Source of the DNA: Felis catus
Taxonomy: Eukaryota
Length of the DNA: 64,000 nt
Reading direction: 5' to 3'
NCBI RefSeq assembly: GCF_018350175.1
Contig: NC_058384.1
Coordinates: 67,952,001 to 68,016,000, forward strand
Shown: positions 45,147 to 56,672 of the stretch, piece after piece
Numbering within the stretch: the first letter of the stretch is position 1
How the letters are laid out: every line of letters starts with the position of its first letter
Notes under the pieces: model-generated
Databases searched by the model: none
What the model saw: only the letters and a program-made list of their open reading frames with translations
What the model was told of the DNA's origin: nothing
Position numbers and translations under genes: made by a program

Positions 45147-46004
45147 TAAACTGTTTTTTTTTTTCTTAACAGGATTACTGGGCAGACCTAATTCGGTAAC
45201 AGCCATCACACTTTAAGATATATTTTTAAATTTCATTGTCCTCGAGCCCTGCCTCGATGGAATATAGATGTAATTGTGCTGAATTTAGAATTAGTGGAAT
45301 TCAAGGTATAGTTTGAAGACCATCTGGTTTTGTTTGATTGTAGTTCTGAAACACAATGTCTATCTCATGTGGAAACCCCTTGGGGACAGCATTTGTGGGG
45401 GGCAAGGTGACCTGTGGTAGATCTTCGTCATGACCTTCCGTGGCACCTGACGGATGAAGGGCGTTTCTCTCCGCACCTGCGCCCTCTTCTTTGTGCTGGT
45501 CGCGGGGTCGGATAGGGCGGAGCCCCACACCGAGCAGGGAAGGAACATTCGATTCACGTGAGTGCCCCAGACGCAGCCTGGTTCGGCGCAAGCGTTAAAG
45601 GGAGTGGCAGTGTGGCAGGCTAGGTGTGGCGGTCAACTCTCGGAAAGAAACAACCACAACAACAACAGCTGATGATGGTGGGCGGCTGGCCGAGAGGCTG
45701 TGTTGGAGCAGAATTCCCGGGACAGGGGCCGCCCCGCGTGGGTTGCACGTGAAGGTGGTGTTCGTGTCCTTTTCCTTGGTTTCCCCGCTGCCCCAGGGAG
45801 ACGCGGTGCCTGGAAGCCAGGAGGGCTGGGGGTTTAAACACGAGGCAGCAGCGGTCCTGGGTCTCGGTTCCCTCAACTGTGACAATGGGAAGAATAACGC
45901 AGTGTCAGCCTGCTTGCTCGTCCCTGTTCCCCCCTCTGCCTGGCAGATCCCCTCCTCCTCCTCCCCTGCCTCCCGGCCATGCAAGCCGCCCTCTCTTCAC
46001 GTTC

Positions 46005-46165
46005 AGGCTTTCCAGATTTAGCAAATGAAAATAGGGCATCCCCAGTTAAATCTGAATTTCAGATAAACAGTGAATACTGTTTTAGTCGGAGTAAGACCCA
46101 GACAATATTTGGGGCACACTTCTACTGAAGTATTCATTTTAGTCTGAGCTTCAGACTCAGAGGGG
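46005..46165. mobile_element. MER53-like palindromic MITE (DNA transposon relic)
   Basis: CCAGATTTAGCAAATGAAAATAGGGCATCCCAGTTAAATCTGAATTTCAGATAAAC resembles recalled MER53 consensus. Confidence 0.6.
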
Positions 46166-47297
46166 GGTTCCGTCATTGAAACTGACAACTCAGTTAAGTC
46201 CCACTTCTCCACGGAGCCGCCCTGGTGAACTTCGTGCAGCTCTGAACTCCTGTAGCCTTAGTGACTCTCACACTTGACCGACATCTGGGAAGTAGCACCA
46301 CCTTTATCTGCTATCAATAACTCTGACCACCTGTTGAGCTCCTGTGATGTGACGTGCCAGGCACATAGGAACTTTGCACAACCTGTCGTGCTATCCCTCA
46401 CGGTAACCTCATCAGGCTGGAATCCGTGTCCCCGTAGAGGCCCAAGGAGGGAGGACGGCCCCGGTGGATGCACGGTGACATCGGGCTGCAGGCCTGAGGG
46501 TGCGGGACGGGATCCTGAACCCCGCACTGCCGCTCCCGGCGGGACAGGGACGGGGTCTGACGCCGACCGTCTCTGCTGGTGCCTGGCTGACGGTGGCCCG
46601 TGTCTGTTGAGAAGAGTGATGCTCCAAGGGAAGAGTATCAGGATCGATTTGGGGACCAGGGGACAGATCTGTATCCAGAGTCCTAAACAATGTGACGAAG
46701 ATAGGGGTTTGGGGACGGGACCATGAAGTTTCTACACTTCCAGCAACTTCTAAAGTGCTGTTTGCTTTTGTGTGTGGATAAATGCATCGCTGTTTGTGGA
46801 GTATTGTGACACTCGTCCCTGAGCAAAGTCCTCTCTGACGCGGCCCATAGGGTGTGGGACACGTGGGCGGACGTGGCGTGTGGCAGGCAGCTGGGGCGCC
46901 CCGGGCTCAGTGTTCCTGGGGCTCAAGTTTGGGAATCGACCGAAGGGCGCTGTGGTCGTAGAGGAGAGGGTGTGGGGCACAGCCACGCAGCGGTTTCGGA
47001 GAGAGAATCTCCGTGGATGCTCTTTCCCCACGGGACCAGGTGGGGGGCGTGCGCAGGCGCAGGCTTGCGGACCCAGAGTGGAGGCCGAGCCCCCGCTGCT
47101 GTCCGGGTCTCCCGGGTCAGGTCAATGTCATTCCCGCACTCGGCCTGGAAGTTAGACACACGCCCTAGGCCCAGGTGCAGCTGGTTCCCAGGACGGAGGG
47201 AGGTGGGGGCAGCACTGCGCAGGCTCCTGAGCCTCGGGCCGTGCCTGCACCCCTGCCTGGTGGGCCGCCTCTTTTTCCTCATCCCCCCTTTGTCTAG

Positions 47298-47510
47298 TTT
47301 TAATTTTTTTAACATATATTTTTGAGAGACAGGGACAGACAGAATGTGAGCAGAGGAGGGGTTGAGAGAGAGGGCGACACAGAATCTGAAACAGGCTCTA
47401 GGCTCGGAGCTGCCAGCACAGAGCCCGACGCGGGGCTCGAACTCACGAACCGCGAGATCATGACCCGAGCCGAAGTTGGACGCTCAACTGACTGGGCCAT
47501 CCAGGCACCG
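47298..47510 (-). mobile_element. SINEC_Fc-type SINE
   Basis: Antisense SINEC body and T-rich tail. Confidence 0.85.
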
Positions 47511-49552
47511 CCCCCGCCCCTTTTGTCTATTTTTATTCCCGTTCTATTGTATGTGTCCAGGGGAGCTGGCTTTGTAAGGAGGTGGGGAGAGCGGGCTCAG
47601 CAGGTGGGGATCAGGCTTCACCCCCACCCCGGAGTTAGAAGCCTTTCCAGGCTCGGGATCCTCAGCTCTTTCCACGGTGACACTCAGACCCTGTCCTTCA
47701 AGAGACTCCGGGGAACATGGGGCTTAATCGTGGGTCTATTTCTCAAAGCCACAGCACAGTGAGTGCGAATCGAATCGTGATACGGTAATAGTGTGGCTCC
47801 CCCAGGAGGATACCGGGGACCACCTGACTGAGAGGCTGAGGGGGGAGTGGGGCCCATATCCGGAGGGGAAGAGGCGCTAAGGTGGGTGCCTGCAAAGCGA
47901 GGTCTTGCCGACAGGGAGGCCGCTGGCTCCCCAGAACCAGGGAGGGCTCCGGAGTCGGGAGAGGAAGGCATCCCTGGCCAGGGCTGCCAGCGGGGGCGGG
48001 CTTGGGAACGGGGAGCCTAGGGCGGGGGAGCCCCCAGCTCTTTCCTGCACCCCTAGCCGCGAAGCAACGGCACCCCTGCAAACCTCGCCCCACGGGAGGC
48101 CCCCCGCCCTCCGCCCTGCCGGAGTCCAGCTCCAGCGGGTCCGGGGGCTCCCGAAGGATGAACGGTGTCGGCAAAAAAGTGAAAAAAAAAAAAAAAGCAG
48201 AAACAAAAATGGACACAGACCACAGCAGTGGGTTAGACTGGCCACTTTATTGTGGCAAACGTGGCATTATATTTGCTAGCGATTTCCTTGTAGCGTGCGT
48301 CATCTGTGTTTTCTGGCATTACCTGATTCTAAAAACGTTCCCATGTGTAATCACCCTTTAAGGAATAACGTGGTTATTTTCTCATAACGTTTCCTCCTGC
48401 CCTTTGCTTATTGATTAATTTCTTACATTATTTTCATTATGTATCTACGTTTATCCATAATCTATAGAGCATTTGCTTTGCTGTTTTCGTGAAAGGTCAT
48501 CTATCTCTCAACCCCTCAGGCGGAACAGTTACGGGGCCGTGACCTCTTAGTTGTTTCCCCGAACCATTTGTGGTTTGGGGAACAAAAGTGTTCGTCTCGG
48601 TCCAAGGTGCTAGAAGGGGGCCAAGAGGGCCTTAGGAACCCACGCCTTACGCATTCTCAGAGAGACAATGCACCTAGGAACTAATGAACCGTTCTGTACC
48701 TTAACCGACTAGGATCAGTCATCATCTGGAATGCCTCCTGGGGGCCAAGCGGGCCTATGGGTTGGAGTAACTTGTGCCCATGGATACACTTCTTTGTTGC
48801 GGGAGTGGGGCTTTCAAATCCATTTATTTGTTCCTTGGCTGGGAAATGTAGGAGGCTATCCTTCCTTTAGGTAGAGGAGTCTTTATAGGGGGTGGCAAGG
48901 GCTAAATGCAGGGCCGCACAATTTCCTTGCGGAACCTTATTTTCTTTCCCCAGTGGTTCTTTTCCCAGGGGGCCTGTGGAGGGCAATTCTCCAACAGACA
49001 GTTCCCCAGGTACTTTTATTAAGGCCAAATTACATAAAAGCGGGAATATAAGAAGCTTCGCTGTCGGTGGGCGGCCTGCGGTCCCGATCCGTCCACCGCC
49101 CGGGCCCCGCCATCAGGCTGGTTGGATAGCTCGGCTTCCGGCACCGCCCTGAGCCCCCAAGCTTCCAGAGAGATCATGTCAAGCTCCCTGCTGTAAGCCG
49201 CATCTACGCACCGAGGACTCACGTCGGGCCTGTACAGTCCCCTAATGTCCACACTTACCGGCCGTCTCCACCCGGATGCCTAACCGGCCCCCCGCACTCA
49301 ACACGGCCCGATGCCCCCTTGATCTCCCCCCCAAGCCTCCCCCCTGCCTCCCGCCTCCGAAAACGGCACCAAAACAAAACGACAGGCCGAGGCCCTCGAC
49401 CTCTTTTCTCTCATCTGTCATCCAGTCCTCAGCAAACCCTGTCAGCCGACCTTCCAGTACGTCCTGAATCCCCCCCAGCTCCACCCCCCAGGCCCCCAGC
49501 CACCAACAGCCGGCTCCCGTTCTGTACACAACAGCCCAGGGAGACTCTGTCT

Positions 49553-49597
49553 TTTTCAGTTTTTTGAGAGAGAGGTGCAAGTGAGCGAGGGGCAGAC

Positions 49598-49646
<49 letters not shown>

Positions 49647-49880
49647 ATCCCAAGCAGGCTCCACAGTCAGGGCAGAACCCGACTCGGGACTCGATCCCAC
49701 AAACTGAGATCACAACCTGAACCGAAACCAGGAGTCGGACGCTTAACCGACCGAGCCCCCGGGCGCCCCACTTAGAGACTTTGTTTGAAAATAATCTCTG
49801 CACCCAACGTGGGGCCACTCGAACCCACACCCCTGAGACCAAGAGTCACACGCTCCATCACTCCGCCAGCCAGGCGCCCA
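49553..49880 (-). mobile_element. SINEC with long (GA)n tract plus adjacent short tRNA-Lys-like SINE
   Basis: Antisense SINE motifs, (GA)n ~49596-49642. Confidence 0.75.
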
Positions 49881-50470
49881 GAGACTCGTGAATGTAGATT
49901 GTATCCTGGGCTCCCGGGGCCAAACCGTCCAGCGGCCCCAGCCACACTAACCGCGAAACTCAGGTGCTTACTGTGGTCGCCCAGGGCCTGTGCTGTGGGG
50001 CCCCTGGCTCCCTCCCTCGCAGGCCAGACCACTTCTACCCTTTCTCCCCCTTCTCCAGCCACGGGGCAATTTGCGCTCGACCCTCAGGCTGGAACCCTTC
50101 TCCCAAGATACAGACTCGGCCCGTCCAGCCGTCACTCCCCAGGAGAGGTCTTTCGGAGGACTCTGGGCACACGAGCGTGTACGAGCAAGCTCACACACAC
50201 TCCTCTTCCTCGTCACTCTCCTGTTGCTTTACTGCGTAGGACCTGAACCGGAAGGAAGGGCATGACTGTAGCGGCAGGAACACCAAGCAAGTCAGGTCAA
50301 AGGAGCGTCTGCGTCAAAACAGCGTCTGCGTGCCCACGGGAGTGCGGAGACCCCTGCCCCTTCCCCACCCACTTCCTGGAGGCGGGACGGTGTCCTCAGG
50401 AATGAGATCAGTGGGCGCTTTTCTAGAAAACGTCCCAGAGAAAAGGTCAATGTTTAAAGATGAGAAAATC

Positions 50471-50990
50471 GGGGCGCCTAGGTGGCTCAGTCGGTTGAGT
50501 ATCTGACTTCGGCTCAGGTCATGATCTCGCGGTTCGTGGGTTGGAGCCCCGCGTCGGGCTCTGTGCTGACAGCTCGGAGCCTGGAGCCTGTTTCAGATTC
50601 TGTGTCTCCCTCTCTCTCTGACCCTCCCCTGCTTGCTCTCTGTCTCTCTCAAAAATAGTAAACATTAAAAACAAAATTAAAAAAGAAAGAAAGAAAGAAA
50701 TGGTGACTGAGGGGCACCCGGCGGGTTCGGTCTGCAGAATGTACGGCTCTTGGTCTCGGGGTTGTGAGTTCAAGCCCCACATTGGGTGCACAGCTTACTT
50801 AAAATAAATAAATAAATAAATAAATACAAACAAAAGAAAAACCTCAATTAAAAAAAATGGTAACTGATTAGTTTGTTTTTTTTTTAAAGTTTATTTTCTT
50901 TTTCAGTAATCTCTATGCCCAACGTGTGGCTCGCTCACGACCCCGAGGTCAAGAGTTGCACACTTCACCGACCGAGCCAGCCCGGTGCCC
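50471..50990. mobile_element. Cluster: SINEC (+, 50471-~50700), short SINE (+, 50711-~50855), short SINE (-, ~50880-50990)
   Basis: SINE heads and tails; second element has TSD AAATGGTRACTGA. Confidence 0.8.
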
Positions 50991-51323
50991 TAGTAACATA
51001 TTTTCAGAGGTAAGTCAGGATTTATGAAACAAGAAGATGATATTAGAAATAAATTAGAAATTTAATTACTCAGAAATTAAATATAGGTTAGTAAAAACAA
51101 TCAAAGGAATGGGAAGCCCAGGTGTGGAAATCCCCAAGGAAGCACATTAAGTAGACGAAGAGTTGAGGAATAAGGGAGAAAAATGTAGAAGAGAAACAAT
51201 TCAGGCGTCCAACTGACAGGAGAAAGGGCGTGGGAGGAAGTTCTCAAAGAAACAGTACAAGAAACCTTCTCAGACCTTTGCAGATTCACCTTCATGCAAA
51301 GGCTCCAAGATCAGTTGCAGCTC

Positions 51324-51520
51324 GGGGCGCCTGGGGGGCTCAGGTCATGACCTCACGGTTCATGAGTTCGAGCCTCGTGCTGGGCTCTGTGCGGACAGCG
51401 TGAAGTCCGCTGGGGACTCTCTCTCCCTCTCTCTCTGCCCCTTTCTCTCTCACGTGCTCTCTCTCTCTCTCTCTCTCAAAAATAAATACATAAACTTTAA
51501 AAAAATGAAATAAAAAAGAA
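51324..51520 (+). mobile_element. Carnivore SINEC
   Basis: GGGGCGCCTGG head, (CT)n, A tail; TSD-like ATCAGTTG. Confidence 0.8.
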
Positions 51521-51996
51521 TCAGTTGTATCTCTGATTTCCCAGTAGCAACACTGGGAGCTAGGGGACCTGGGAAAATCCTGAACAAAATGTTTTCCGTC
51601 CCAAATTCCTACCCCCAGGCAAACAGAAAGAAAGAGGGGGGCAGGGTAAAGAGCCCGCCCGCCAGTCGGTGACACAAAGCCTTCCCCTCCCAGGCACCGG
51701 GTTTCGGGGAGCTCTTGGAGATGTGCCCCACAAAGTGAAACGTGCATCCGGGAGCCGGGTCTCACACAGGCAGGGTGGGAAGGGCATTCGTTTCCAGATG
51801 CTGACGAAGGGATGCCCCGAGGTGCGGCACAGCATGGGCCACAACTAACGACCAACCAACGCGAGCGGCAGCGGGAGACGGGGCACCAGGACCAATGGCT
51901 CCAAGAAGGCGCTGCGGGGAAACCTGGCTGGCTCAGCGGGCGCTCTGTGCGACGCCTGGTCTCGGGTGTAGACATGACCTTGAAATAAAATCTTAA

Positions 51997-52211
51997 GGGG
52001 CACCTGGGTGGCTCGGTTGGTTAAGCGTCCAACTCCTGATGTCGGCTCAGGTCATGATCTCTCGGTTCACGAGTTCGAGCCCCACGTCGGGCTCTGTGCT
52101 GACAGCTGGGAGCCTGGAGCCCGCTTCGGATTCTGTGTCCCCCTCTCTGCCCCTCTTCCGCTCACGCTCTGTCTCTCTCAAAACTAAATAAACATTAAAA
52201 AAAAAAAAAAA
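51997..52211 (+). mobile_element. Carnivore SINEC
   Basis: Full body and long A tail. Confidence 0.85.
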
Positions 52212-52377
52212 GGTAGCACTGCCAAAGTGCTAGATGAGTTTGATCACATTGACAGCAAGAGTCAAAGAGACGAAGAGTTTAGGGATGAATTGGTAAAATC
52301 AGGAAAAGAAAAAGCAGTAAAATAATCCAGGCAATATTGTATTTTATTTTTAAAGTTAAAAAATGTTTTCATTATTA

Positions 52378-52582
52378 TTTTTTAATTTTTTTTATTGTTT
52401 ATTTATTTTTGAGAGACAGAGAGAGACAGAGCACAAGTGGGGAAGGGGCAGAGAGAGAGGGAGACACAGAATCGGTCTGAGCCATCAGCCCAGAGCCCGA
52501 CGCGGGGCTCGAACTCACGGACCGCGAGATCGTGACCTGGCTGAAGTCGGACGCTTAACCCACTGCGCCACCCAGGCGCCCC
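52378..52582 (-). mobile_element. SINEC_Fc-type SINE
   Basis: Antisense body and T tail. Confidence 0.85.
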
Positions 52583-53129
52583 AAAAAAGAAATCTTTAAA
52601 ATTGGGGGAAAGAAAGAAGGAGAAAACAGCAGTAGCAGCTGAACAAGATTATTTAGAAACACGACAGTAAATATTGGTGGAAACAACCAGAAGTTTTGAG
52701 GGTGGTCGCCCCTGGAGCCAGGGTGGGAATGGGGAGGGGTGTGGCGGGAGCCCTCATTCCTCGTCAGAACTAAGTCCCATCGTAACCGGGGCGCCTGGTC
52801 CTGGGAGCCCAAGCAGACCAGGTTCGGCCCCCGGCTGCTGACCAAACCCAAAGGCGGAAGGTGAGCGGTGGTGACACAAGAGGGGATCTGGTTCAGCAAG
52901 GCCACCGTGAGGAAGCAGCCGACCAGTGTCTCAGGGATTGTCTCCGAGGTGCCGTAAACGTGTCCAGGTTCACGCAAGGCAAGTGCGGGACAAAGGTGGG
53001 GTGGGTCTGCAGGTGGGCGCCGGAGGTCAAGGTGATCACTGTTTCGGGGTCAGTCGCACAGTGGTCCCTGCTGCTGAAGTAGGTAGTTGTGGCCCCATCA
53101 CCCGATGCTTTGCCTGCTGGGTCTTTCCT

Positions 53130-53366
53130 TTCCTTTCCTCCCCTCTCCTCCCCTCCCCTCCCCTCCCCTCCCCTCCCCTTCCCTTTTTTTAAGTTTATTT
53201 CTTTATTTTGAGCAGGAGGAGGGGGGAGCAGAGAGGGAGCATCCCAGGCAGGCTCTGTGCTGCCAGCGCAGAGCCCAATGTGGGGCTTCAACCCACCAGC
53301 CGTGAGATCGTGACCTGAGCTGAAACCTAGAGCCGGACGCCTGGCCACCGAGCCACCCAGCACCCC
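53130..53366 (-). mobile_element. SINEC with (CCCCT)n-expanded tail
   Basis: Antisense SINE body preceded by pentamer repeat. Confidence 0.75.
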
Positions 53367-54824
53367 CAGCCCGCTTGGTCTTTTGTCAGAGTTAAGAGAG
53401 AAGAAGCTGAGAAGAAAATAATCAGAAAGTAGAGACTGAGGTGAGAGTGGACGTGGCTGACATCCTCCTCGCCCACCATTTGGCCTTTTAAACTATGTAA
53501 CGTGTTACTGTGATAAAAGGAATTACATACGATGAAAAGAGGTGGTTTGCACACGGCCACGCAAATGGAGGGATATTGCAGAGTGCGACAGACGTGCGAG
53601 TCTGTGCCAGACCAAGAAAGGGCTGAAAGACTGCCGAAGACCCAGCAGCCTCTCTTTCCTTTTCCTTTTCCGGTACGGGCCACACCCAACGTGGGGCTTG
53701 CGCTCAGGACCCTGAGATTGAGACTCACGCGTGCTCCTGACTGCGCCAGCCGGGTGCTCCCTTATGGCTTAATCCGGCAGGTTTTGGGGGAGACAAAGTC
53801 ACATTTGGAGGAAAGTCTCTCCCGAAATCGCAGGTGGACCCTGACCCCGGCCGTGGTGCCGCAGCGGGGACTGCCCTCCCTCTACCCTCTCGCCTCAAAC
53901 AACTGAAAACCCAGACGTGCTTCAAGACACAGTGATGTCCAGATGTGGGACAAGGGGCAGAACAGGGCAGCGATCCCCGAGAGAGGGGAAATAAATGAGG
54001 TGGGCTCGAAAGTTGCCCAAACTTACTGCCTGCGGAGAGTTTCCAGGCTGGCTGAGCCCGGTGGCCTCCCGGCTGGAGGAGAGGGACAGGGGACCCTGGG
54101 GGCCGTGGGGGCCGGTGCGCAAGGCAGAGCCCTGGAGAGGGGCAGGCTCGGCAGAGAGGGCTCCAGAAGCCCGCGGAGGGCCCACCCCAGGCTGCGGCCT
54201 TGCAGGGCAGTGCTTGCCTGTACGGAAGAGCCGGAGGCGAGAAGGGCCAGTGCTGAGCGCCGCCGCCGGGGCCAGGATTACTTTGTGTTCCCGTCAGCCC
54301 GAGCGGAAAGACACCCCCCCCCCCGCCCCCCAGTTATCGCTCTGGGCCAGTCGTTAGTTTATCACCTCTCAGCTCTAAGCTTATTTTACTGCCTGCTCGG
54401 TGAAAATGGAGCTGAGCCCTCCAAATAGTTCCTGTGCCGGTGGGCGCGACGCCAAACTTCGTCAGTGGAGGGCGCTGGAGAGACACTGCCGGCTGAAGCC
54501 GTTTCCTTCGGATTCTCCAATGGATTCAGTCCACCGGATTCAGACGCGGCGGGGATGGGGGTGGGGCTGGGGGTATGGAGGGGGCTCCTCCTTGAGCGCC
54601 CTGTCTCCCCCCAAGTGTGGCGGCTCCTGGTACCTGGGGTTCCTGGGCGCCCTCAGAGTTCTGTTTCTGATCAGCCCATCCCTTGCGACACAGGCTCTGG
54701 TTACAAGCAACGATATTTTATGTTAAACGTTCCCTGTTCAAGTCACCATGTGATTTCTATCACCTGACCGGATTGTGGCAGGTACACAGGCTTGAAGCTG
54801 AGTCCTCAGAAGGGTATCACCTCT

Positions 54825-55055
54825 GGGGCGCCTGGGTGGCTCAGTCGGTTAAGCGTTCGGCTTCGGCTCAGGTTGTGATCTCACAGCTCCTGAGGTTGAG
54901 TTCGAGGCCCGGGTCGGGCTCCGTGCGGACAGCTGGGAGCCCGGAGCCTGCCTCGGATTCTGTGTCTCCCTCTCTCTCTGCCCCTCTCCCACTTGTGCTC
55001 TGTCTCTCTCTGCCTCTCAAAAATAAGTAAATGCTAAAAAAAATTAAAAACATTA
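54825..55055 (+). mobile_element. Carnivore SINEC
   Basis: Full body and A tail; TSD-like AGAAGG..T..CACCTC on both flanks. Confidence 0.85.
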
Positions 55056-55370
55056 AATAGAAGGATGGCACCTCACTGGCCAGACCAAATTAGCCCTAAA
55101 TGAAAGGCCGTTTTGGTCTTGGTATATGGTACTTAAAAGCAAGTCTGAAGGGAGTCAGTCTGTTTCCAAGTAACTGTGTCTCTGAACCAGGCTCGGAAAT
55201 ATTCAAAGCGATTAAAAAAATTAAAAACAGAGTTTGACATCCAATGATAATTAGCACACGTGCAACGAAGGAAAATATGACCCAAAATGAGAAGAAAAAT
55301 CAATCAAAACAGATCTAGAACTGACACAGATGATAGAATTCATAGAAAAGGCTTGAAAATAGCTGTTATA

Positions 55371-55818
55371 GGGGCGCCTGGGTGGCTCAGTCGGTTAAGC
55401 GTCCGACTTCAGCCAGGTCACGATCTCGCGGTCCGTGAGTTCGAGCCCCGCGTCGGGCTCTGGGCTGACGGCTCAGAGCCTGGAGCCTGTTTCCGATTCT
55501 GTGTCTCCCTCTCTCTGACCCTCCCCCATTCATGCTCTGTCTCTCTCTGTCTCAAAAATAAATAAACGTAAAAAAAAAAATTAAAAAAAAAACAGTACAC
55601 AGAGTGGGGCGCCTGGGTGGCTCAGTCGGTTGGGCGGCCGACTTCGGCTCAGGTCACGATCTCGCGGTCCCTGAGTTCGAGCCCCGCGTCGGGCTCTGTG
55701 CTGACGGCTCAGAGCCTGGAGCCTGTTTCGGATTCTGTGTCTCCCTCTCTCTGACCCTCCCCCGTTCATGCTCTGTCTCTCTCTCTCTCTCAAAAATAAA
55801 TAAACGTTAAAAAAAAAA
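55371..55818 (+). mobile_element. Two tandem young SINEC_Fc elements (55371-~55592; 55606-55818)
   Basis: Near-consensus felid SINE bodies with intact CpGs. Confidence 0.9.
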
Positions 55819-56526
55819 GAGCAGATTAGACACTGGAGACAAAAGATTGGTGAGCTTGAAGACTTAGCCACAGAAACGATCTAAAACGAAGCACAGAAAA
55901 AGACGAGAAGAAGAAGGACAAGGAGGCGAAAAAGGAGGGAGAGGAAGGGGAGGAGGGGAGGGAAAGTCGGTGAGCTGTGGAATCCTGTCAGGTCCACACA
56001 TCTGTTTGGGGACCCAGACACACGGGAAGGGGCCGACAGCCAAATATTTGAAGAAACAGTGGCCCAAAGGCTTTCCAGTTTTGATGAAAACCATAAAGCC
56101 AGATATCCCAGAAGCCCCCAAGCCCCAAAGCACGAGACACGTGAGGCAACCGCGTGCAGACACGTCGGAATCTGCCGTGAGCAGCAGTGACAAGGAGCGA
56201 ATCCTAAGAGCAGCCGGAGGGAAAACAGAGCGCGAAGGAGGAAAGGGGAAGCAGGCTTCTCGTCAGAAACGACGGAGGCCCGAAGACGGGGCGGCAACGT
56301 CTTCATAAAAGTGAAGACAGAAGCAGGGGAGATGGCAGAAGCTGAAAGAATCTGTCGTCACCAGCAGGCCGGCACTAAAGAAAGTAATTTAAGTCCTTCA
56401 AGCAGAAGAAAAATGCCAGATGGAAACATCCATCTCTACAAAGGAACGGGCGAAGGGCACCAGGAGGGTAAACATGTGCCTGAGCACAAAAGGCCTTTTT
56501 CTTGTTTCCAAATTCTCCGTAAGAGA

Positions 56527-56672
56527 GGCGCCCGGCTGGCTCAGTCGGTAGAGCACGAGATTCTCGGTCTCGGGGTAGTGAGTTCAAGCCCCACGCTGGG
56601 TGTGGAGCCTACGTAAGGAAATGAAGTGAAATATAAAATAGACTAGACTAGAATAGAATAAAATAGACTAAA
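56527..56672 (+). mobile_element. Short tRNA-Lys-derived SINE
   Basis: GCCCGGCTGGCTCAGTCGGTAGAGCA...CCCCACGCTGGGTG followed by an A-rich pentamer tail. Confidence 0.7.

Noticed and set aside
56530-56601. tRNA-Lys(CTT)-like sequence (similar copies near 17119, 49800, 50711, 50900, 53690, 61490)
   Set aside because: The anticodon arm is degenerate and the sequence has an A-rich tail and SINE-type 3' extension; these are tRNA-derived SINEs, not tRNA genes.
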